Assembly (NCBI GenBank): GCA_964035545.1
Contig: OZ037773.1
Location: 9,391,751-9,455,750 of the forward strand
From: Bugula neritina
Taxonomy: Eukaryota; Animalia; Bryozoa
Direction of reading: 5' to 3'
DNA length: 64,000 nucleotides
Position 1 is the stretch's first letter; the number at the start of each line of letters is the position of its first letter. Below the pieces are notes generated by a model that had not been told where the DNA came from, did not search any database, and worked only from the letters and a program-made list of their open reading frames with translations. Of this stretch, positions 35,124 through 61,000 are shown in pieces. A program made the translations under genes and the position numbers.

Positions 35124-35653
35124 GTTCACTGAGTCTGCCTTTTATCTCGTCTATAGTAAAACTTACTTGCATTATAACACTGCAATTTGTCTTTAAAATA
35201 TGTCATTGCTCAAATTTTTCAAATTTTGCTACCAAGTTACAAGTATCAAATATAGTCTTAAATGTTCCATAATTAACAAGTGCAGTTTATTATAACACAC
35301 ACAATTATATACACTTTACAACATAGCACATTTATGCTTGATGTTATAGGTTTTGTCTTTTATTTGTATTTTAAGCAATATTTATGTCAAAATGCATCAA
35401 TAAAAATGTAAGCAATTTAAGTTGCTGTATTTTTTGTATTGGTCAAAAAAAGTTTTTGAGTCCAAGTATAGTACTATTTAAGTATTTATTGGCTTTTCAA
35501 GAAATTATATGTAATATTTATTTTATATATTTTAGTAAAATACAAAATACTATTTATTCAACCAGAATAAAACAGTTAAAAATACTGAGCAATCACAGAC
35601 AGATATAAAGAGTGTTATTTCTATCATCAGCTACTTTATGAAGTAGATATTAG

Positions 35654-38600
35654 CTAGCAAGGTGCCACACCGGTCTTTTGCATACGGCAACAGCATGTCT
35701 TTGGCATGTAGAACATTACTCTGATTGTGTACACCATGCTCCATACCTGGGAATAAATATTATAATTAAAAAAATGCAGAAAATAAAAATGATACAGACT
35801 AACAACTAGCAACAAACTAACAAAGTAGTGCAGGTTAAAAGTAACTAAAATTTTATACTGTCATATTAGCTTGAAAACTAGACTTTATATTATAGTGTGT
35901 TTATTTTATGTGCTACAGTATCTTTGAATATACATAGCTAAATGTTGCTTTCTATAATTATATTTACGTTACAGATATCTTTAATTAGTAAAGGATATAA
36001 ATATACTGATTCTGTGTGACATAATAAACGTGCTGATAAGCAATTGTACTGAAAACTATAAACGGCTAATATAACAAAAACTAATGACTGTTTACCAATA
36101 GTTAGACTTTGACTTTGAATAATAAAAATTGGCTATAAGCTAAATACAAATTTTTTAGATTTCAACTAAAAACTATCAACGATTTCAATAGAAAGACAAA
36201 TGATTTGACTATATAGACAATACCTGAATGGCAAACATGGGTGTGTTGAAGAACCAGGTTAGGTTATCTCTTGGTAGATTGTCAGATCTCGCCCAGTTGC
36301 TGGAAACTAAACTCAAAGAAACAAGATTATTATAACAATTATTATAAAATTATCAACTGATTCTAAAAGTATTGAGGATACATGAAATTACTAGTTTGTT
36401 TTTATCTGTCCTATAAAGTGAGTTGTATAATTTTATGTTTTCTATACTGATTTTACTAATAATTAAAAAGGTCATGATGTAAATCAAACGTTTTCTATTT
36501 TAAAATAAAAAATACATACATGTACAACAACTTAATATTGCATGCTGTATTAAAGATATAATAATGATGAGTAATTTAATTATTCCATGAAAAAATTTGA
36601 AAAGAAAGTTGTTTTGTTTTCAGTATATTAAATCTCCATTGATTTATGTTGCAGTGTATGAAGCAGAGTTAATTTTAAGCAATAAATTGAAAAAAAACTC
36701 GGAAAAAGCTGTTGTTAGTTTAAAGGTTACCGAAGTAGATCACGTACCTTTTATAAAAGCTCTAAGCCCAGTTACTGCCAGTGTTATAATGTATGCAATG
36801 GTTAGAAGAACATATGGAACACAGAGCCAAAAGGAAGATATCTGAAACATGATATATATATATATATATGTGTGTGCGTGTGTGCGTGTGTGCGTGTGTG
36901 CGTGTGTGCGTGTGTGCGTGTGTGCATGTGTGCGTGTATGCGTGTGTGTGTGTGTGTGTGTGTGTGTGCATGTGCCTGTGTGTGTTTGCATACATGTGCT
37001 ATGAAACTAAACAAACGAGAAATTTTCTGTTTCTACAAGTTTATTTATTCCCAAAATAAATAAAGTAAGTTTACATTTTAAAGTACGTTAATAATTATAT
37101 TTGCAGCTAGTAAATAAAATGATACTTACAGTACATCTAATGATACTTACAGTACATCTATAATGATACTTATACACTACATCTAAGAATATACTTACAG
37201 TGGCGAAGGAAATCCCAGCAGTGATGCAAGTCACTGCCCAAACACTCAGAAATACTGCATTAAATGAAACGTTCACCAAGTAGTAATCTGAAATGAAAGT
37301 GTATTACCATATATGGTAATAGGCACGAGTGTGTAATATTACCCTATATGGTAATATAGACAGGTCTATGCAATTACCAAATATAATGATGATATGAAAC
37401 AAAATAAACTCAAGTAATATAATGCATTGTAAACACACTTCTGTATTACATACTACACATATCCATATTATACTCATAGTGTATATATAGGTGCATATAT
37501 AATATTACCAAATATGGTAGTATAAACATATTATGTATAAATAAATACTAGTATAGTTTTATATCAATTCAAGAGTAATTTTTAGAAACTTGTTTGTGCT
37601 TTTTAGACTAAACTCATTTTGGCATTATAGGTTTGAAATATTTTTTTTCAAAATATTCAATATTTATGCAAGGGACGAAAACTCACCAACTCCTGCCTGG
37701 GACATTAGTGCAGCTAAAACACACCATACCTGTAAATAATTTAGTAAAACTATATATATGATCTACAACTTGTATATATGCTTTTATAAGTTAAAAAAAT
37801 TAAATTAGGAAATCAAGGACAAGACACAGAAAGGTGAGGAATTTCATATTAAATTTTTAGCTCAACCAGTCATTAAAATAAATAATTATTACCATGATAA
37901 GCGATGGCCAATATTTTAGAACATTCTTTATATATAAATAGTTTTTTCTCTAACATACAAAAAACATATGCATTTGCCATGTATAATATTAGCAAAATAA
38001 ATTATAAAATTTAATTTAAATATAACTAAAAACATTACTGCATTTATTACTATTATATTAAGAATTAAATAATATCATCCATAAATTGAAATTTTTCAAG
38101 GTTTGTTACACGGAACCTCATACATTGTTTGTTTGGCAATATTTTGAAGTTTTATAAATGTATTCAATTAAAATGTTCATCTAAAAAAATTATTTGATTT
38201 CTAGTATTTGTAGTAAGATATCTTGTAGACTCACAGCACTGAGAAATGCCCCCAGGGTGACTCCAAATCCCACCTGGCAGCAACCAATGCAGCAGCAGCA
38301 GATCTGTGATCTCAGCTGTGATTCTTCACTTACAATTCTAAAACAGATATACTGTAACTATATAGCTACTAGTTATTGATGACTAGCAACTAGTTACTGA
38401 TAGCTATGTAGTTACTAGGTAATGACTTATATAAGTGACTAATTATACTTATGACTATAGGTGTTTTGTCTACCTCTATAAATCAGATTATTTCTCTAAA
38501 TGATGTTTTTTTTTTGTTCAAAATTATGAATATGCTACGCTATATCATTAATCTGAGTTAAGCAAATTTCATAAAAAAATTACTTATAACTTTGGCAATC

Positions 38601-38820
38601 AGAAATGTGCTTTTTTTTCTTTGACAATTTAATATAACTTGCATAAGCTAATGCCTTATGATAAATATCAAAAATACATGCAGCATGACTTGAATTGCTG
38701 GAGTTTATAGCATTGTGTACCAATAAGACACTTGTAAAGGCTATCAGTAATCTAAAAGTTAGATTACTTATACATAGAGTTTACTGACCGTATCTCATTG
38801 ACAGTATTGTTAGTATTCAT
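35654..38820 (-). CDS. Cys-rich four-transmembrane protein, paralogue C (short Cys-rich tail)
   Basis: Approximate exons 38789-38820 ([11 protein letters not shown]), 38235-38337 ([19 protein letters not shown]), 37688-37729, 37199-37287, 36748-36841, 36224-36306, 35654-35746 (VWSMVY...[15 protein letters not shown]). Confidence 0.78.
36850..36990. repeat. (TA)n plus (TG/CG)n microsatellite
   Basis: Seen directly next to an acceptor of paralogue C. Confidence 0.9.
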
Positions 38821-39335
38821 TTCAGAGGCTTATAAGCTTCTCAGAGAACATAAAATGGCATTGAATTACAAGCTAGCAGCTGTTGGCTTATTAGAAATAT
38901 TAATGCTATATAATGTTATACATGCAGCACACTTGGTATTTCAATTGCAACAATGATTGTAGTTGCAGAATGTGATGCACATTTTTCAAATATTTTTAGA
39001 ACTTTGTCTATAGTTTTTCGTAAAGCAAAATAGTTATTATGTTATATTCAATACAAAGTTATATGTAGTAGGCCTATAGTAATTTCAAATTGATATTCTT
39101 TTGAAACAATTCATCTTTCAAAGTATGTCATTTATAAAGCTGATTTTTTTTTAATTCAAACTGAATAATTAATATTTTTTATTTTATTGTGTTAGTATTT
39201 GCTTGTAAAATTTTTAATGCATTTTTTATTCTAGATTTAGTGAATTACTATCAGTTTTTCAGTACTTCACCAATGACATTTTTAATTTTTATTTTACTAT
39301 TTATTATTGCTTATTACTATAATGTTCTATTGCAA

Positions 39336-50524
<11,189 letters not shown>

Positions 50525-52060
50525 TGGAACAAGCAGCAATTGTCAATATGAATCCTTACCTTAGTCCTCAAGAAGATTAGAGGGTTTATAATCTATCTAT
50601 TGTAAAATGATGTGCTGAGGCTGGTATTCCATGAAGCAAAATTCCATTTTACTGAACCCTGACTATTGTCAAGGTTAAAGCCTTTCTAGTATGACTTGGG
50701 ATTCCCAGCTTCAACAACATTGCAGCTTTACTTTATGCATTCACAATAGCTTTTGCATATCTCTATATCATAGAATACATGCATGTAGCATTGTAGCAGT
50801 TACTGTCAATCCTATATTTACGTACATTGAGTTAATGTAATTAATTTTCAGCTTTCTTATATTCATGTAATTACTATTGTGATGAGGGTGCATGCTTTGG
50901 AAATAGGCATTTTATTTTAATCTATAGAGCAACTAAAAACACACAGCAACTGCATTTTGTATAGAATACAGAAAATTTGAACTGCTAGTAAAATTTTTCA
51001 CTTAGTGCTACTTACTAATGTTAGTGTTAGTTCCTTTAAGTTTGGGAAATTGTGAATTGAGTTTTGATTTCCTTTCTGAGGCATTAAAATCATTACTTTG
51101 TTTCATTGTTTAAATGTGCGATAAAAATATCTTTGTGCAAAGAATATTGAAATATTGAAGTATAGTTCTGTTATGCATAATGTAATATTTAGGCTGAGGC
51201 TGATGTAAATCTAAAAGTAGTGTGGGTATCACTTTATTGATAAAACAATACTACAGTAGGCCCATATAATTATATTGTAATTTATTAATATAAGTATGTA
51301 TATACATTATAATATTGTTATACAGTAGAATGAGCAACTTCAATTGATAGTCTTTGACTAGAACAAGTTTAAATATACAGATATTACAAAATTCCCAGTA
51401 TCTGGGTTATCAGGAATTACTAAATAATCAATAATAAATATTCTATTTGAGCATGAATGGTAAAATAAAATATTAGAATTATTAAAATCCAAAGTAAATA
51501 CAAGCAATCTATTAACAGCTAAGAGAATTTACAACTCTTTAAATAGCTTATAAATTGTAAAAAATGTACAAAATATTTCCAAGTAATACTAAATAACAAG
51601 AACTCGAATCTTTACATAATTGCGAATTACTAGTGGCATATATAAACACTAGTACTTGGGTATTCTGAAGCTAGTCTATGGGGGAATTACTACACTAGTA
51701 GATCTTACATAAAATCAAAAATGCCTAAAAAGGCATCTGAAAGAAAAATTACATTTATTCAGTATGCCAAATACATGCGGAGTAACTAAACTAACAAGAA
51801 AATCTAAGGAAAACTAGCAGTAAAAATTTACAAATATTGATGACCCATCAATAATTAGAGTTCAAAATAAAAGATGAAAATTTGTACACAAAGTATTTCT
51901 ATCAGTAATCTGCTGACACAAACATCCACTGACTGACTCATCTGCTGACTAAGTCATCATATCATCCAATCACGAGTCATCCAATCACGAGTCACCATAT
52001 GGTATAATCATGAGTCATCCAATCATGAGTCACCATATAGTATAATCACGAGTCACGGAA

Positions 52061-55000
52061 TCACTCGGTCACTGGATTGTTCACTCGACTCTTCTGGCGA
52101 GCCAAGGGACTTCTGTGAGATCTGAGATAACGTCTGCGTGCTGCCGCTGATGCCGGGTCACCTGAACTTCTGCAAACATGAGAAGACAACTGCTGAGTCT
52201 GACACTGCATTGTGCAGTTGATTGTTCGGACAGATAGCGGGAGTTGACTGTACAACTGCTCTAGCATGAGTTAGAAAAAGCAATGAGCTGCATAAACATG
52301 GCCTTTGAAACTTCTGGTACCAATTCAAATAGAGGCTGCATATTGTAATAGATACTCAAGCACATCAAGAATGGTTATCATTAGCATATATTTACTATGA
52401 ATTAAAGACCGTTTTATATATTTCTAAATCAAGATTAAACAACAATCTAACCTGTTCACAGCCTATCATATGCTACATAGCAATAACTAGCTGATACCAG
52501 CATAAATTAATGAAAGGAAGTCTGAATGATGCATACAATTTTAGAAACCCTAATTTTTTTTACTCTCACCTGCGAACTCTTTGTATTCTACCAGCATTCA
52601 TCTTGGACCTCGGCAGCTTGCCTGTGTTGAGAAATTTGATTGGCTGGTTTGAAAATGATTCGGAAAATACGCTCTACAATAAATAGAATGAATATAATAT
52701 ATTATAGACTGCAGGTATAATATGCTGTAGATACAGTATCATGCAGGTAAAATGTTTAGCCCCCATAGTACTAGACTACTGATCTACACTTCAGGCAATC
52801 ACTGTATTGCTTCAGCTGAAAGATTCTCCAACTATAAAGTGTGTTGGAATTTAGGTCATACTATCTCATAGTGATTAAAACAATTAAAAAGTATAAATTA
52901 CAGAGATTACAAATGATGGTGAGATTGGGGTGTAGATAGTAACTAGTAGAGGGTAACAAGCTAAGAGTAGTGAGTAGTGAATAATGAGTATAGAGTAGTG
53001 AGCTGGAGTAATTAGTAGTAAATAGGTATTGAGTAGTTATTGAGTAATGCATAATGGATAATTAGTAATGCATAATGAATAATGAGTAATGAGGAATGAG
53101 TAATGAGTAATGATTATTGAGTAATAAAGTAGAGAGAACTGAACATTGAATAGTAAATAGAAAAAGTAAGTAATGACTAACAAGCAGTGAGTTATGAATA
53201 GAAAGAAGTGAGTAATCAGTATTGATTATCTCACCAGTTCGCTGGGGGTAAGCAGTTTAGAAGTTGAGGCGGACTTAAAGCGGGCCGACCTGGCCCAAGG
53301 AATAGAACTGGACTCCTGGGCCTGCTGAGGCTGCTCAGACTGTACACTAGCGTAGCTGTACACTGACAGGGAGGTGGGGGAGTTGGCGCTACGACTCCTT
53401 AAAACTGGGCTAAATTAAAATAAAATGTAGACTATATCCTGAAACCAAAGGTAGGATTATTGAGTGTTTTGATTCAGCGAAAACATCCAAGCACAAAATA
53501 TTCCAAATAAAAAACTGAGACCTTACACATAAAAATAAAAACTGCACTTTAAATAAGCCAGCCTTTCGCTTTCATTATTTAAATAAAAATTCAGAAGATT
53601 CAGCTATTTCAATCAGCCTGATCTTTAATAATTCTGTAAACTGGTATGAACACGTTATAGACGTAAAGCAACCAACAGAGGAATTGTGACCAATTCGCAG
53701 CCCACCTGTCGCAGAAGCTAGTTGACGGGACTCGTAGTTTGGGTCTAGTTCCTGTGCCGTTATTGCTCTTTGTAAACTGTGGCGACTTGTTTCCAGGAAT
53801 ACTATTGGCTAAAGGAAACTCTCCAGTGCTACCATTGGCTAACGCAGACCTTGACAAACTGTTAACTGTATAGTTATTGGCTGCAGGCAGTGGAGGTGAA
53901 ATAACTTTGGGGGACTTCTTGACTTCAAACTTCTTCCGTCCACCGAACTGGATGGGACTTCCTCTGACGTCGAGAGGGGAGGGGTCGGAGTAGGTGACAC
54001 TCCCTAAGCTGCTGGAGCCTGCAACACCATGACTAGTATAGTAATATATTCTGATGATAAGCAGGTGTATGAACATCAGTTTACTTAGTCAATACAAAGT
54101 GTGATGATCAGCAATCACCATAGTATACTTTCCCTCACCTACCTTGTTCAGTTGCCCATACTTACCTTGCTTATAATCTACTCTAAGACACACTTCACTT
54201 ACCTAAGCTGTCTACGCTGTCAAGGCGCTGCTGTGTAGTTCTAAGAAAAGGAGATCTCTGAGGTGAGTGGCTGATAGACTCTGTCATTGCGTTGTAACTG
54301 ATTCCACTTTCTCTACATCACATCAGAATCAGTGTGATAAAATACTATACCATAATTATATTATAATATATATATTACATCTTTACTCTTCAAATTTATT
54401 TTCTATAGATTAATGATATCATAAAGAAACAGGTAGAATGAATATATTTATAAAACCACCCTTTCAGTGGAATGATACAATTTTACCAAGTAAATTAAAT
54501 CTGTATTTCGAATCAATTTTAACAATCAAAATATTCAAAGTGAATGAAACACAAACACACATCAAGTCCACTATAAAATAGCAATACATCTTTTGTGAAC
54601 TACTGACCTCTGACCAGAGTTCAAAAGGTCATTGGCGAGGAAGTTCTTGCTCCATTTTTTGTACAGAAAATTCTGCCTCAGAATAAACCACACAATCACC
54701 AGCAGAAGAATTAGGGCCAGTAGATAGCCAATCACAACTAACAATACATAATAAATAGCCAATTACAACTAACAATACAATAAAAAGGCAAATAAGATGT
54801 GAGAAAATACAATAAAATTGAATCACAGCCAAGCAATGATGATAGAAAGCTAATAAACACTGTGCAAATATTATAATACAAGTATAAGAAGCAATCATAT
54901 AAATACTACACAACTATAGATAACGCCTGCTCCAATAAGTCTACACTTTGAATTCCTAGAAAATATGTTATTCAATTCATAATTTGTCACTGAGCTGATT

Positions 55001-58000
55001 TTACAATTTATCAAAATATTGGAAAACAATTAAGTATCATTATTTATTGAACATGGCAAGTTATTACACCATGTGTATAGTAGTTACGAAGAAATGCTAG
55101 CAGAGCAGTTCACTGACGAGAAAGCAAGATCTCTAGAGACAAGATCCTATCCTAATACTCACTGGCAGCAATTTCAGAGGCATAGAGATCTGTGAAGTTC
55201 TCGCGAGGTTCAAGAACCGATGGTTGCCCTGGAAACACGTAAACAAACAATCTTAACACAATTTAGTATATATACTTTTCGAACTCCTCTCTACCAGTAC
55301 TTGTTCTGGTTATTCCAAGAATGAGCTGCATTATAAACTCAGTCTAATAGAGTCAGAACTCAGTCTAATAGAGTCAGAACTCAGTCTAATTTGATTCCGA
55401 GCTACAAGTTAGCTGTTAATAAAGTTCGTGGAATTAAAAAACAAACTGAAATTCAGCCAAAGCTATTACATAAAATGCATCTAAACATAAATTAAGTAGC
55501 AAAAAATATTGAGCCATTCAAAAACCTTAATTCCTCTCTAAAACCTGAGAAGGAAATTAGCCATATATACATTCTAGAACATGGAGGAGTTGTCCATACC
55601 TGTTATCACTGTAGGAGTCGTGGTTTGTGGGTCGCACAACTCCTCAACACTTGGACATTCGATGGAATAATTCAGCGGGGAACCCGACTGGCAAACAGGA
55701 AGTGATGGCGAGTCGACACAGCAGTCGGGATTTGTGTGGGCGGGGTTAGAGCAGCACGCTTCATTGTTGTACATCTGCAGCAGAAAGTGTAATCTGCAGG
55801 TTTTAGATACAGAAGAGATGTAATATGAAGTGAAATATGAAACGTGAGTATACTAGAAAAATGTTACCTATTGAAGCAGATGCAAGAGAAAACATTTCAG
55901 TTAAAATGAAACATAAACCATGAACTATGACAAAAATGAGAAGAAATAAATTATACAAAAAGCATCAGTGGACTCAATTTCCGATGCCATCCAAATAATT
56001 ATTTAAAAACGAATAATTCTAAGCCTTGCTACTCTGTGAGCTCTAAATCATGGAAACAGGAAACAGGAAATAGAAGTATAATTCCATCTCACCAGTCTGT
56101 TGGTGGCGCTGTTTGTTTTCATAGTCTGAATAAACGCCTCCAGTTTACATCTGTGAGGGGACAGTGAGAGTATAGGCATGCAGAGCTGTGAGAGACGGGT
56201 GAGAGAGTCTACGTGTTGGCAGTTATCCAATTTGTCTAATCTATAGCAAGAGAAGACAACTTTCATATGATGAAAAAATTCAATTTATTATTTGTAATAT
56301 TATTGTAAGTTAAAAAAAATTACTCAATTATTTTCAATATTACTTTAATAAAATTCTTATCCAAACCGATTTTAGTAATAAATGAATATTATTAGTATCT
56401 CATTTGTAGCCCAAATATTTGGCCCCGCTAATGCCCTTGACCTCAATGCAAGATACTCAAACCAACTGAAACCTAAGGCAGGTGACTTCTAGAGCATTCT
56501 ATAAACATTATGGACTTGGGAGTCTTACAAAGCAAATATAATGCGGGTTGAGACACGTACACCCGAGCCGACAATCAGCAAGCTACTCTATTAGAACTTA
56601 GGCTACCTGTTGTCTCGAATAGAGAGAAGTTTGAGATTGTAGAGAGAAGTCAAGTTGGGGAGAGATCTCAAGTCATTTCCACTCAGGTCCATAACTTGCA
56701 GCTGCAACAGAATGGGGGCGGACTGAGAGCTGAAACAACTCAAGGAGCTCAGTCTATTTCCGTGAAGGTCAAGGTAACGCAACTCATCTGTTCCTAGCAA
56801 AAAATAATCACTTAACATTCAACAAACTAAAACTCACAAATTGTTGTATCATAGACTAACAACAATTATAGTAAAAATCCAGTCATGAAAGTAATAAATT
56901 AAACGTCCACATCAGCAAGAAACTATTAATATTATGAAATCATTTAAGAGAAAACAACTCCAACTAACAGACACTCGGTATTCAATAGTAAAATTACTAA
57001 CTAAAGTCGGTAAAGAAATACTCGGATGAAATCTTCACGAGCTTAAAAAATGAATAATATTGAGCAATGCCGAGTGTAAAAGATAATGGAGTATAACTTA
57101 CTTACAGCTATTCTATTTATTCTATTTATAAGCTCAGAATCTAACAAACCAGGGTGATGCTGATGGAAACACTTACCTTTGAACGTATCTACAGGTAAGT
57201 CTATGAGAGCATTCCCCGAGAGATTTAACAGTTGAAGTGAAATTAGATTCTGAAATTCCGTGGTTATCTGTGAATCATATACAGTAATGTTATATTATAT
57301 TGTATATTATTATACTATAAATACGATATAGAGTATATTACAGCATATATCACTATACTATACACATGTTATAGCGTATATTAGCAGACGTATAATGTTA
57401 GACAAACAACTCACAGAGTTGAGACGACAGAAATGTAGGTCTAGGCGTTCTAAATAGACCAGATTAGCGAATGAGAGAGGAGATAATTCCAGCCCTTTGT
57501 TATGCGAGAGATTTAAATTCTTCAACTTGGTTCTTCCACTACAAAGATACAAAGTTAAAGCTTGTTTATTTAGAAGTCAAATTTACATTCAGTTTCCAAA
57601 TTGTTTCAACTTTATTTACTTCCTGTTATATTCTCATTGAGCGAGCTAAAAACATTGTTGAAACTCGTTTTAAATTACGTTGGCTAACACAGGACGTGAT
57701 GTCATTGCTAGCGGAAATATTCTGATAGAAACAGGAAGTACTGCTCTAGTACTTCAGCCAATAAAATTCAAGTATCATTCCACAACTAATGGTAAAATAA
57801 GTTTCGAGTTAGCAGAGCTCTTTATAACCAACAGGCCTCACGATATCAGGGCACTTACTGGGCTCAAAATAACAAGATTGTTGTCATGGTGAGAGATAAA
57901 TCATTTCATAAAATTAGGAGTTATGGCCACACACTGATGATGTTTATTAGTAACCTCAAAATGCTACTCACGCAGAGACTAAATAGTAATTCTTGCTAGC

Positions 58001-61000
58001 GTCTATTACTTCAGATTTAAACTATTCATGTAAAAACATATTTTAAGCTACGTCAAGTAAAATAACCAGAGTAGGGGAGATAATTACCTTTCGGAGAGAG
58101 AGGGGGTGATGGTGGTCAGTTGATTGTGAGAGAGTGAGAGAAACTCCAGCTCTGAGTTCCGTGACGCTGTCAGAGTCAGCTGCGTAAACTGATTGTAACT
58201 CAAGTCTATATCCACCACTGTGTCATATCTGTAAATAACTATAACTATATCCACCACTGTGTCATATTTGTAAGTAACTATATTTATATCCACCACTGTG
58301 TCATATCTGTAAGTAACTATAATTATATCCACCACTGTGTCATATCTGTAAGTAACTATATTTATATCCACCACTGTGTCATATCTGTAAGTAACTATAA
58401 TTATATCCACCACTGTGTCATCTGTAAGTAACTATAACTATATCCACCACTGTGTCATATTTGTAAGTAACTATATTTATATCCACCACTGTGTCATATC
58501 TGTAAGTAACTATAATTATATCCACCACTGTGTCATATCTGTAAGTAACTGAAACTTAGTTTACAGCTTTTCACCTAATATCTAATGGTGAATGACAATT
58601 GGAAAATAATTTAGAAATTATTTATGATGAATTTCCTACAACTGCTAACAAAAATTTCATCAGTGACTATTTTTAAAATTGATGTATGTTTTTTGGCACC
58701 GACATGATGTCCAAAGTAGTGTACAAGCTCCCCCCTCCCCCCACCAAACTAGCTACAAATCTACATATGTAGGGAGAATACAAAACCCAACCTCTACCTG
58801 TACAAACATAACTTACATCTTGTTCAGTATATTTGGATCGGAGAGCTCATTGTAAGACATGTTGAACTTCTGTAGCATGGTGAAAGTGTCCCATTTAAAG
58901 TTCAGTATCTCCTTTATATGGTTGTTGCTAGCGTCTAGCTCTGTGAGGAAGGGGTTCGCTGGCAAATAGCAGTTTACATATAGTAGAATATACAGTAATA
59001 TAGTATACAGTTATATAATATACAGTAATATAATATAATATAATACACTGTAATATAGTATACAGTAATATAGTATACAGTTATATATTATAATATAGTA
59101 TACAGTAATATAATACACAGTAATATAATACACAGTAATATAGTATACAGTAATATAATATAATATAATATACAGTAATATAGTACACAGTAATATAATA
59201 CACATTAATATAATATACAGTAATATACAGGGGGAACAACTCACTGTCTCTAAAGTCTAAGTTTCTGATGTGGTTTCCTCGAAGAGATAAATATTCGAGT
59301 ATTGAAAGTCGTTCCCACACTGCGGGGTCTATCTCTGTGACTCCACAGTTATTGACTTGTAGTCTCTTCATACTGCCCCACGGTACTCTGTAAGTAATAG
59401 TTATACACTGTAGGTAATAGTTATACACTGTAGGTAATAGTTATACACTGTAGGTAATAGTTATACACTGTAGGTAATAGTTATACACTGTAGGTAATAG
59501 TTATACACTGTAGGTAATAGTTATATACTGTAGGTAATAGTTATATACTGTAGGTAATAGTTATATACTGTAGGTAATAGTTATATACTATAGACTATAG
59601 AGTAATTAGGTAACTAGTAAATAAAAATTATTCATTTAATGGGTAAATGAATTAAACTAAACTACTTTTAAATTTACCTTGAAAAGTATATAGTCCTATT
59701 TTAGAGAAAAGATTATTAACTAATGGGGCTGCCACACTACAGTCCAAAAGCCATTTTGAACGCGTTTTCGAGGCCAAGCGCTAACCTCTGTGACGTCACA
59801 ACTGTCTGATTTCTGAACGCAACTGCGGTGAAAGTTCGACATGGCGAACGCTCAACTTCAGCGATCAGCCAATCACTGACTGGCAGATAAGCCCTGATTG
59901 GTTAGTGCTTTTACTTATTCCACGTGCTACTAGCGAGCATTATTATTTGATTTGGTTCTTCAAAAATTATATTATTTTACTTTTAACATAATTATGATGA
60001 AGTTATGTACGAAAATCTTAATAAATTATGAAAATAAGTATTTATTAGATAAATTTTGCTAAATTTTATCTGCATAATATTTAGTTTTTCTAATTTGGTT
60101 GAATTTTATTATCGTATTTAGTTCTTTAGGCTACTGAATGAGCTTGAATAAAGCTAGGTAATCTCATTAAATAAAGCTAGTAATTTCGAATAATAAGCTA
60201 GTCAATTAGAATAAAAATAACTAGTAAATCTCATTAAATTATGCTAGTAATTCTCAATAAATTGCGCTAAATTTGATTGCTGGTTACTGTGGATACTGCA
60301 AAAACTGAGTTATAGCATTCCTATTGGTTAAAAGTTTACTGCGGGGCTAGAGACAGTTAGCTTTCATCGTTCGTAGTGAACTGTAGTGTGACCAGCAAAA
60401 AGTAGGATGTGACGTTGAAGGTATGCGCGAGCAGCTCCAAAATGGCTGCCACAGTCGAGTTTCGACTGTAGTGTGTCATAAGCATTACAGTTTACATTAA
60501 ATCAGTAATAGTATTATTTATGGTTTGCCAAAAATTTAAAATTTAAAACTACCAAGTTGAAAAATTATATAATTTATATATCAATTCCCTCGAGGTTTAT
60601 CAACACATAATTTGTTAAGTTAAAAGTTAAAATAGTTTATAAACGCATAATATTTCACCTCACAATGTCTGTGTCTTTGATGAAGTCTATTGAAGTGAGA
60701 GCTGGCATATTCAGTAGCTTTAGTTCTTCTAAACTTGATATAAAACTGCTAAATGAATTGATAGTTATAGTGTGAGCATTCGACACCCCATCCAAGGTTA
60801 GAGATTTAAGGCTATCCAACACCGTTGTGTTCAGAAACGTTAGAGATGGTGGAACGTCGCAGTTTACCAGCTCCACAGAAGAAATCTACAGCAAGTATGA
60901 ATAACTGCAGAAAATTGGAAACACTGAATTTTGATACATACATGTTCCAAATGAAACACCGCGAATCAGTTTCATGTGATCAACGAAAATGAAAACAAAT

